Part shown: piece after piece, positions 56,762 through 64,000 of the stretch
Numbering within the stretch: position 1 is the stretch's first letter
Layout of the letters: each line of letters opens with the position of its first letter
Notes under the pieces: generated by a model
Databases searched by the model: none
Told to the model about the DNA's origin: nothing
What the model saw: only the letters and a program-made list of their open reading frames with translations
Program-made: the position numbers and the translations under genes
Assembly (NCBI GenBank): GCA_965204725.1
Contig: OZ242005.1
Location: 5,024,001-5,088,000 of the forward strand
Direction of reading: 5' to 3'
Length of the DNA: 64,000 bases
Origin: Candidatus Latescibacterota bacterium
GTDB taxonomy: Bacteria > Latescibacterota > UBA2968 > UBA8231

Positions 56762-58278
56762 CTACGACATCTAAAACAAAGCCCCTTGAGCTAACGGTCG
56801 CCAACTTCGGCCCCGTCGCCAAGGCGAATATCGAACTGCGCCCAATGTCCGTATTCGTGGGGCCGAGCAACACCGGCAAGTCCTATATGGCCGTGCTGAT
56901 TTACGCACTGCATAAGTTTTTCAGTGCCTACCCTTATCGGCGATATGTGAGACTCGATTTGTCGAGAAAAAACGTTGCAACCACTTTAGCTTGGGCAAGG
57001 GAAACGCATTCAAACTTGCAAAGAGCAAAACGCGAGCAGTCTTCTCTAATTGAACTACCGGAGTCTATTGAGGCATTGGTACGCTCTTTTCTTCCTCGCA
57101 TCGTCAAAAATTCAGGGGACGTTTTGGAGAGCGAACTTGTCAGGTGCTTTGGGGTGGACAAATCCAAAGACTTAATTCGTCATTCAAGTGATAGCCACAC
57201 TTTATTTTCCTTTTGGAGCAATTTCTCGGAAGCTGGACGCAACGATCTATTTCGCTACAATGTTGCATTGACCAAGCGTGGAAGCAAAATAACTGCTTCG
57301 ACTCCGAACACCCTACCTCGGCAACTTAGAGAAGATAGCACATTACCTCTCTATGACTGGATAGACGGAAGCATAGACGAAGAGCGGGCTGCCGAAGGAT
57401 TGTTGGTCGAGCTTGCCAATGCCGTTGTTTCCAATATGGTTGCTTCCTTGAGTCATCCTGCGTATTACTTTCCCGCTGACCGCGCTGGTGTCATGCACGC
57501 GCATCAAGTAGCCGTGCGGGGTTTAATCGCAAGTGCCTCGCGCACCGGACTGCGACGCGATTCGCCCATGCCCGTACTTTCCGGGGTTTTGGGCGATTTT
57601 CTGGAACAGCTTGTTGAATTGGCGGAACCATGGCGGAGATACAAGAGCGACAATGATCTCGCTCTACGCTTAGAACAGGCCCTTCTTAAGGGAACTGTCC
57701 GCGTCGAACAGTCCCAGATTGACTATCCCTCGTTTGTCTATAGGCCAGACGGTTGGAAGCAGGATCTGCCCTTGATGAGTGCGTCGTCCATGGTGTCGGA
57801 ATTGGCACCTGTAGTGCTGTACCTGCGTCACGTCGTTCAGCCGGGCGATCTGCTCATCATTGAAGAGCCCGAGTCGCATCTGCATCCGGCCATGCAGGTG
57901 GAGTTTACCCGCCAGCTCGCGGCCGCAGTACAAGCAGGCGTCCGCATCCTCATTACCACTCACAGCGAATGGGTGTTGGAAGAATTGGCCAATCTGGTTC
58001 GCTTGTCAGAGCTGCCCAAGGAGCGGCGCACGGGAATCGATGACGAGGATGTAGTGCTCACTCCCGACCAAGTAGGCGCGTGGTTTTTCGAGCCGAACTC
58101 GGAAGGTAGCGGTTCTGTGGTGCGGGAAATTGCACTCGATACCGAGTCAGCAACCTTCCCGGCTGGTTTTGGACTGGTCACTGAATCACTCTATAACCGA
58201 TGGTCGGAAATTTCCACCCGGATTGAGGAGGGAAGGTGCCAGAGTCGATTAAACTGGTGCGGTGCGGCTCGCCGCTGA
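56758..58278 (+). CDS. AAA_15/AAA_21 ABC-type ATPase (AbiEii/OLD-like defence ATPase)
   Basis: NFGPV, GPSNTGKS, PADR, ASSMVSELAP, IIEEPESHLHP, ITTHS. Confidence 0.88.
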   Translation: MTTTSKTKPLELTVANFGPVAKANIELRPMSVFVGPSNTGKSYMAVLIYALHKFFSAYPYRRYVRLDLSRKNVATTLAWARETHSNLQRAKREQSSLIELPESIEALVRSFLPRIVKNSGDVLESELVRCFGVDKSKDLIRHSSDSHTLFSFWSNFSEAGRNDLFRYNVALTKRGSKITASTPNTLPRQLREDSTLPLYDWIDGSIDEERAAEGLLVELANAVVSNMVASLSHPAYYFPADRAGVMHAHQVAVRGLIASASRTGLRRDSPMPVLSGVLGDFLEQLVELAEPWRRYKSDNDLALRLEQALLKGTVRVEQSQIDYPSFVYRPDGWKQDLPLMSASSMVSELAPVVLYLRHVVQPGDLLIIEEPESHLHPAMQVEFTRQLAAAVQAGVRILITTHSEWVLEELANLVRLSELPKERRTGIDDEDVVLTPDQVGAWFFEPNSEGSGSVVREIALDTESATFPAGFGLVTESLYNRWSEISTRIEEGRCQSRLNWCGAARR

Positions 58279-58336
58279 CAAAAGCATTGAAGGGCTAAAC
58301 GAACCCATACCATACAACCCTAACCGAAAGCACGTC

Positions 58337-59086
58337 ATGCTCCACATTGAAAACCTCCACGTCGCCGTTGAAGACACTCCCATCCTGCGCGGCGTCAATC
58401 TGAAAGTAGAACCCGGCGAAATCCACGCCATCATGGGGCCTAACGGCTCGGGCAAAAGCACCCTCGCGCAAGTCTTAGCCGGTAGGGAGGGCTACGACAT
58501 CACCGCAGGGTCGGTTGCGTACTGCGGCCAAGACCTGCTCGAACTCGCGCCGGAAGAACGGGCGCACGCCGGAATGTTCCTCGCCTTCCAGTATCCGGTG
58601 GAAATCCCCGGCGTCAACTCCACGTACTTCCTCCGCCAAAGCTACAACGAAATCCGCAAGCAACGCGGCGAGGAAGAACTCGACGCCATCGACTTTCTCG
58701 GGCTAATCCGCGAGAGGCTCGCCTTGGTGGAAATGGACGAGAACTTCCTCAAGCGGTCGGTCAACGAAGGCTTTTCCGGCGGCGAGAAAAAGCGCCACGA
58801 AATTTTGCAGATGGCCGTGTTGGAACCCAAGCTGTCGATCCTCGACGAGACCGACTCCGGCCTCGACATCGACGCGCTGCGGATCGTCGCCCAAGGCGTC
58901 AATCAACTCCACGCCCCAGACAAAGCCGTCGTCGTGGTCACCCACTATCAGCGCCTGCTCAACTACATAGCCCCCGACTTCGTCCACGTGCTCTACGAGG
59001 GACGCATCGTCCAGTCGGGTGGCAAAGAACTGGCACTGACGCTGGAGGAAAAGGGCTACGACTGGGTCAAGGAGTCCGTCCAATGA
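58337..59086 (+). CDS. sufC: Fe-S cluster assembly ATPase SufC
   Basis: GPNGSGKST, FLAFQYPVEIPGV, RSVNEGFSGGEKKR, LDETDSGLDIDAL, THYQRLL. Confidence 0.97.
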   Translation: MLHIENLHVAVEDTPILRGVNLKVEPGEIHAIMGPNGSGKSTLAQVLAGREGYDITAGSVAYCGQDLLELAPEERAHAGMFLAFQYPVEIPGVNSTYFLRQSYNEIRKQRGEEELDAIDFLGLIRERLALVEMDENFLKRSVNEGFSGGEKKRHEILQMAVLEPKLSILDETDSGLDIDALRIVAQGVNQLHAPDKAVVVVTHYQRLLNYIAPDFVHVLYEGRIVQSGGKELALTLEEKGYDWVKESVQ

Positions 59087-60366
59087 GCGGCGTTGCCTAT
59101 TACCAGTCCTGCTTCAACGACCTCGTCAGCACCGACGCGCTGGGGCCGCTGCGACAAAAGGCCATTGAGCACTTCGCCGCTGCTGGCTTTCCCACGACCC
59201 AAGACGAGGAGTGGGCCTTTACGAACATCGCCCCGCTAACCCGGAACAACTTCGAGTTGGCCGAGTCCACGCCAGTTCCTGCCGTTGTCGAAGACTACCG
59301 CTACGGCCTCAAGGGGCTGGTCTTTGTCGATGGCCACTTCGCCGGCGCACATTCCGACCTCAACGGCCTGCCCAACGACGTGTTCATCGAGCGTTTGAGC
59401 ATCGCCGCAGGCACCATCATCGTCGCCGCCCTAGGCCGCGCCGCTTCCACCGAAGGCGAGGCGTTTACCGCGCTCAACACCGCCTTTTGGCAAGACGGTG
59501 CGATCGTTCATATAACCTCAGGAGTCGTCGTTGAGCAGCCCATCCACTTGCTGTTTGTTTCAACCGGCCAACGCGCCCACGTCGTTTCCCATCCGCGCGT
59601 CCTCGTGGTCGCCGGACCCAACTCCCAAGCCACCGTAGTCGAAAGCTACGTCGGCTTAGGGGCGGAACCGTATCTGACCAATAGCGTCAGCGAACTCTTC
59701 CTCGGGCACGACGCCGTGCTCGATCACTATCGGGTCCAGCGCGAGTCGGCCGCGGCCTTCCACGTCGCGGCAACCCACGTGTATGAGGAACGCGCCTCCC
59801 AATTCCGCTCGACCTCCATCAATTTGGGAGGACGCCTGACCCGCCACCACGTCCACACTGCCCTCGCGGGCGAAGGCGTGGACTCCACGCTCAACGGCCT
59901 CTACATCGCGGACGGGGGCCAACACGTCGATAACCATACGCTCATCGAACACGCCGAGCCGAACTGCCAGAGCCATGAATTCTACAAGGGCATCCTCGGC
60001 GGGCGAGCCACCGGCGTCTTCCGCGGCAAAATCCACGTTCACCAAGCCGCGCAAAAAACCGACGCCTATCAAGCCAACCAAAACCTCCTGCTCTCGGCGA
60101 TGGCGCAAATCAACACCAAGCCCCAACTCGAAATCTACGCCGACGACGTCAAGTGTTCGCACGGAGCCACCATCGGCCAACTCGACGCGGACGCTCTCTT
60201 TTACTTGCGCTCCCGCGGCATGGGCCACCGCGAGGCCGTCCGAGTGCTGACGCGCGCCTTTGCCGGCGAAGTCCTCGACCGCGTGCGCATCCCCGTTCTC
60301 AAAGACTCGCTGAACCAGCTCGTAGATCGGCGGCTGGACCAAGCGGCGGCCGGAGTTGCCCTATGA
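59083..60366 (+). CDS. sufD: Fe-S cluster assembly protein SufD
   Basis: FPTTQDEEW.FT, AQKTDAYQ, KPQLEIYADDVKCSHGATIG, FYLRSRG. Confidence 0.95.
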   Translation: MSGVAYYQSCFNDLVSTDALGPLRQKAIEHFAAAGFPTTQDEEWAFTNIAPLTRNNFELAESTPVPAVVEDYRYGLKGLVFVDGHFAGAHSDLNGLPNDVFIERLSIAAGTIIVAALGRAASTEGEAFTALNTAFWQDGAIVHITSGVVVEQPIHLLFVSTGQRAHVVSHPRVLVVAGPNSQATVVESYVGLGAEPYLTNSVSELFLGHDAVLDHYRVQRESAAAFHVAATHVYEERASQFRSTSINLGGRLTRHHVHTALAGEGVDSTLNGLYIADGGQHVDNHTLIEHAEPNCQSHEFYKGILGGRATGVFRGKIHVHQAAQKTDAYQANQNLLLSAMAQINTKPQLEIYADDVKCSHGATIGQLDADALFYLRSRGMGHREAVRVLTRAFAGEVLDRVRIPVLKDSLNQLVDRRLDQAAAGVAL

Positions 60367-61592
60367 CCGCTTCCTTTGATGTAGCCAAGGTCCGCCGCGA
60401 CTTCCCAGTACTCGGCGAGAAAATCCGCGGCAAGGATCTGATCTACTTCGACAACGGCGCGACCACCCAAAAGCCGCTGACGGTCCTCTACGCGCTCCAA
60501 CGCTACTACGCCCGCGAAAACGCCAATATCCACCGCGGCGTCCACTTCCTCAGCCAGCAGGCGACCTTTGCGTACGAGCGCGCGCGCGGCCGGGTCGGCC
60601 AGTTTATCAATGCCCGCGAGAGCAGCGAGGTCGTCTTCCTGCGCGGCACCACCGAGGCGATCAATCTCGTCGCCCACAGCTACGGCCGGCCACAGGTAAG
60701 CCCCGGCGACGAGGTCATCGTCTCCCAGCTAGAGCACCACTCCAACATCGTGCCGTGGCAAATGCTGTGCGAGGAAAAGGGCGCGCACCTGCGGGTCGTC
60801 CCCATCAGCCCAACGGGCGAGTTCCTCTTCGACGAATACGAGCGTCTGCTGTCCGAGCGCACCCGCATTGTGGCCGTCGCCCACGCTTCCAACGCCCTCG
60901 GCACCATCCTGCCGGTACAGGAAATCGCCGCCTTGGCCCATCAGCACGGTGCCATCGTCGTCGTTGATGGCGCGCAAGGAGTGCCCCACCTGCCGGTAGA
61001 TGTGCAGGCCCTCGACTGCGACTTCTACGCCTTTTCCGGGCACAAGCTCTTTGGCCCCACTGGTATCGGCGTGCTCTACGGCAAGCAGGCCCTGCTAAAC
61101 GCCATGCCACCATACCAAGGCGGCGGCTCCATGATCGAGAAGGTGAGTTTTGCCGGCACCACGTATGCCACTCCGCCGGCTCGCTTTGAGGCTGGTACGC
61201 CGCACATTGCCGGCGGCATTGGCTTGGAAGCCGCCATTGATTACGTCAACTCCATAGGCCGGGAGCAGATCGCCGCGTACGAGGCCGACTTGCTCGCGTA
61301 CGCAGACGCAGCCCTCGCCACCATCCCGGGCCTGCGCCTGATAGGCACGGCCCGCGAGCGCGTGGCCGTGCTTTCCTTCGCGCTCGGCGACATCCATCCG
61401 CACGACATCGGCACCGTCCTCGACACCGAGGGCATTGCCGTGCGCGCCGGCCACCACTGCGCCCAGCCGATCATGCAGTTTTACCAAGTGCCGGCTACGG
61501 TGCGCGCCTCGTTGGCTTTTTACAACACGCGAGAGGAAATAGATGCCCTCGTCGCGGCGTTATATAAGGTCAAGAAGGTGTTTGGGGGGTGA
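60363..61592 (+). CDS. sufS: Cysteine desulfurase SufS
   Basis: YFDNGATTQKP, EHHSNIVPW, DGAQ, FSGHK, FEAGTP, RAGHHCAQP. Confidence 0.97.
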   Translation: MTASFDVAKVRRDFPVLGEKIRGKDLIYFDNGATTQKPLTVLYALQRYYARENANIHRGVHFLSQQATFAYERARGRVGQFINARESSEVVFLRGTTEAINLVAHSYGRPQVSPGDEVIVSQLEHHSNIVPWQMLCEEKGAHLRVVPISPTGEFLFDEYERLLSERTRIVAVAHASNALGTILPVQEIAALAHQHGAIVVVDGAQGVPHLPVDVQALDCDFYAFSGHKLFGPTGIGVLYGKQALLNAMPPYQGGGSMIEKVSFAGTTYATPPARFEAGTPHIAGGIGLEAAIDYVNSIGREQIAAYEADLLAYADAALATIPGLRLIGTARERVAVLSFALGDIHPHDIGTVLDTEGIAVRAGHHCAQPIMQFYQVPATVRASLAFYNTREEIDALVAALYKVKKVFGG

Positions 61593-61602
61593 GGAGTGGA
61601 GG

Positions 61603-61630
61603 GCCACAAGAGGCACAGAAGGCACAGAGG
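61603..61630. repeat. Short degenerate 9-bp tandem (GGCACAGAR-like x3)
   Basis: GCCACAAGAGGCACAGAAGGCACAGAGG between sufS and sufU. Confidence 0.5.
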
Positions 61631-61663
61631 GATGGTTCACAACATTAACGAGGTACTTTGACT

Positions 61664-62116
61664 ATGACTGAGCTTCGCGATCTGTATCAGCAGATCATTC
61701 TCGATCACAACAAAAATCCGCGCAACTTCGGCAAGCTGCCCGAGGCCAATCGCATACAAGAGGGGTACAATCCCCTGTGCGGCGATCACCTGCACGTCTA
61801 TCTCTACGTGGCCGATGAGCGCATTGCCGACATTCGTTTTGAGGGGTCGGGGTGCGCCATTTCCAAAGCCTCGGCTTCGCTGATGACCACCGCCCTCAAG
61901 GGCAAGCGTCCCGACGAGGCGGTCGAGCTGTTTGAGCAGTTCCAGCAGATGGTGACTGCCGAGCCGGACGCGCCCGTTGCGCACCAAGCCTTGGGCAAGA
62001 TGGCCGTTTTTGCCGGGGTGCGCGAGTTTCCCATGCGCGTCAAGTGCGCGACCCTCGCTTGGCACGCCGCCAAAGCGGCCATCGAACAAGACCCGTCTCC
62101 CGCATCCACCGAATAG
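61664..62116 (+). CDS. sufU: SufU (NifU-like) sulfur transfer/scaffold protein
   Basis: LYQQIILDH, NPLCGD, GSGCAIS, RVKCATLAW. Confidence 0.95.
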   Translation: MTELRDLYQQIILDHNKNPRNFGKLPEANRIQEGYNPLCGDHLHVYLYVADERIADIRFEGSGCAISKASASLMTTALKGKRPDEAVELFEQFQQMVTAEPDAPVAHQALGKMAVFAGVREFPMRVKCATLAWHAAKAAIEQDPSPASTE

Positions 62117-62158
62117 TGGCTGCTGACTCAACGACGGTCACGTCCAAAGGAGATTCTC

Positions 62159-62497
62159 ATGGAACTGTTGCACGAAAAAACTTTCCCCCCCGACTCGACC
62201 GAGGCCAAAGTGGTGGCCGTGCTCAAGACCTGCTACGACCCCGAGATCCCGGTTGACATCTTTGCCCTCGGCCTGATTTACGACATTGAGGTCAGCGACT
62301 CGCAGGACGTCCACGTGACCATGACCTTGACCTCGCCCGCCTGTCCAGTCGCTGGTACGCTGCCGCCGGAAATCGAGCACAGGATCAAGGCGCATGTCTC
62401 GGGCGTTGCCACGGCCTCGGTCGAGGTCGTCTGGGATCCGCCGTGGACGATAGACATGATGACCGAAGGAGCCAAACTCGAACTAGGCATGATGTAA
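62159..62497 (+). CDS. sufT: DUF59 Fe-S assembly protein (SufT-like)
   Basis: YDPEIPVDI..LGLIY, MTLTSPACP, VWDPPW. Confidence 0.9.
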   Translation: MELLHEKTFPPDSTEAKVVAVLKTCYDPEIPVDIFALGLIYDIEVSDSQDVHVTMTLTSPACPVAGTLPPEIEHRIKAHVSGVATASVEVVWDPPWTIDMMTEGAKLELGMM

Positions 62498-62498
62498 C

Positions 62499-62960
62499 AT
62501 GAAACTCAGCTCGCGCGAAGAATACGGTTTGCGCTGCCTGTTGCAACTGGCGCGCCAGACTTCCGGCCGCAGTCTGACCATCCCGGAAATCAGCCGAGCC
62601 GAGGGGATCACGCATCACAACGTCGCCAAGCTGTTGCGCATTCTGCGGCAAGGCGGCTTTGTGGCAAGTGCCCGCGGCCAGCAAGGCGGCTACGCCCTCG
62701 CCAGACCCCCCCACCAAATCGCCGTGGCCGACGCGCTCGCCACGCTGGGCGGTCGCCTCTTCGACGACGACTTCTGCGATCACTTTTCCGGTAGCGCGGA
62801 TTGCTGTACGCACTCGCTTACTGCGTGTTCGGTGCGTGCGCTGTGGGGGCAAGTGCAGCAGGCCGTCGATCAAGTTTTATCGCGCACAACCCTCGCCGAC
62901 CTACTCGAACAAGGCTATGCCTTGGCCGACGAAGAGGCCCTGCTCGATATATCGGCTTGA
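62499..62960 (+). CDS. Rrf2 family transcriptional regulator
   Basis: EYGLRCLLQLA, SARGQQGGY.LAR, Cys-rich C..CC..C segment. Confidence 0.92.
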   Translation: MKLSSREEYGLRCLLQLARQTSGRSLTIPEISRAEGITHHNVAKLLRILRQGGFVASARGQQGGYALARPPHQIAVADALATLGGRLFDDDFCDHFSGSADCCTHSLTACSVRALWGQVQQAVDQVLSRTTLADLLEQGYALADEEALLDISA

Positions 62961-63172
62961 ATGGATGGCGTACCCTTGAACGGTCTTGACCACATAAGTC
63001 TGATTGGGACAAGCCACTGTTGGAGCATGAGGACGTAAGCGTGATACTTAAAATGCTGGCTGGGGGCAAATGAGAATAGGTCCTTGCTAGCCAGTTCTTT
63101 TTTGCCTTAGTTATCTATCAATATGAAAAAACAGACTAATACTATGTCCATTTTAATTGAGAGCTCTATATT

Positions 63173-64000
63173 ATGACAAACATGCCTTCGTCGGATAGCT
63201 ACTTTAGAGATGCCTATCAAAATCGCCTCGAAATTACCGATTCTTATCTCGCTTTAGGCGACATCCCTGACCTTGCAGGAGTATCAGTCGAAAACGAAAA
63301 GGGGATCATCCAAGACGTACGCCGCCTCCTCGAACAGGATGGCGGCGGTATTTCAAATATCTCTAATCTTGCCCAATCCTTGCGTCAAGAAGCACGGGAT
63401 CTTTACCAAGAAGATCGGATTGTAGCTATTGACGGAACAGACGCCATCTCTCCCCTCCGATTCGTCTCGGACACCCTTTACGCAGCAGGCATCGTCGCCG
63501 TCACGCCTCGTTCTCGTCACCAACCTCGAGCAAGGGTCACACGTACGCGTGCGTCATCTTATGTTTCTACCCAAGACTTCACCATGACATGGGAGGATAA
63601 CATTCGTATATGGGGTGAGTACCTCCGGGGGGCAAGGGAACAAGAAATGTCGTGGGTAAGCACGTTCCGGGAGTACGAGGAACGCGAACTCGCGGAAGAA
63701 TGGTTACAGGAGAACGACCAACGGTTAGTGCTAATAGACGGACCTGTTCTGACACAGAATCTACTCTCTCAAGTGACAGCGCGGGGTCTCCTCAAAAGGC
63801 TGATTGCCGACGGGAGGGTAATCGGATTTATCAAAGACCTCTCGGCAAACCCGCTACTAGTGGCAATTGGATGTGCTCTAGAACCAGGTGAAGTTTTTGT
63901 TCTCTCCCATTGGTCGGATCTTCTCAGCAAACGGTTTCGACGCGGACAGGAGGCGATCTCGTCTTGGATTGATAAAGAAGCTAGAGATATAGTTCGAGCC
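63173..64000 (+). CDS. NurA-family nuclease, partial (runs off window; absent from ORF track)
   Basis: Hand translation gives 276 open codons with IVAIDGT, REYEERE, LVLIDGP, VIGFIK in NurA order. Confidence 0.75.
   Translation, partial: MTNMPSSDSYFRDAYQNRLEITDSYLALGDIPDLAGVSVENEKGIIQDVRRLLEQDGGGISNISNLAQSLRQEARDLYQEDRIVAIDGTDAISPLRFVSDTLYAAGIVAVTPRSRHQPRARVTRTRASSYVSTQDFTMTWEDNIRIWGEYLRGAREQEMSWVSTFREYEERELAEEWLQENDQRLVLIDGPVLTQNLLSQVTARGLLKRLIADGRVIGFIKDLSANPLLVAIGCALEPGEVFVLSHWSDLLSKRFRRGQEAISSWIDKEARDIVRA

Larger units (their letters stand above)
44034..58294 (+). other. Defence island inserted between sufB and sufC
   Basis: Twelve co-oriented defence-type genes separate normally adjacent sufB and sufC; composition shifts; no integrase or transposase seen. 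Confidence 0.85.

Noticed and set aside
44034-58294. Prophage, ICE or transposon
   Set aside because: No integrase, transposase, conjugation or virion genes; the 8-bp edge repeat is too short to prove a target duplication
1-64000. CRISPR array, tRNA or rRNA genes
   Set aside because: No regularly spaced repeat-spacer array or recognisable structural RNA seen by eye; a covariance scan was not possible

Overview
High-GC bacterial chromosome segment. Its gene repertoire (large secreted FlgD-Ig/'FTPNGDGxND' proteins, a TWGRIK-tailed secreted protein, a DUF6785-like membrane protein, many TPR proteins) suggests an uncultured FCB-group organism such as Latescibacterota; this is inference. The backbone is a cell-surface/export/glycosylation locus (about 2.5-31 kb), a DUF4175-TPR-MoxR-DUF58 cluster and a suf Fe-S operon. 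It is repeatedly interrupted by accessory cassettes: a truncated type ISP/IIG RM gene, a fused nuclease-MTase + HsdS RM pair with an embedded PIN toxin, several TA pairs, AAA ATPases and two families of MITE-like elements. The main find is a 14.2-kb defence island splitting sufB from sufC. It holds a DUF499 ATPase + DUF1156 methyltransferase + GIY-YIG nuclease, then an AT-rich, tightly coupled six-gene module (DUF6884-like, unknown, PIN nuclease, unknown, P-loop ATPase, archaeosine-TGT/DpdA-like transglycosylase). That module looks like a base-exchange defence system not matching the canonical Dpd layout. A NurA-like nuclease gene missing from the ORF track runs off the right edge. No rRNA, tRNA or CRISPR array was seen. 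All family calls come from motif recognition by eye, not database searches.
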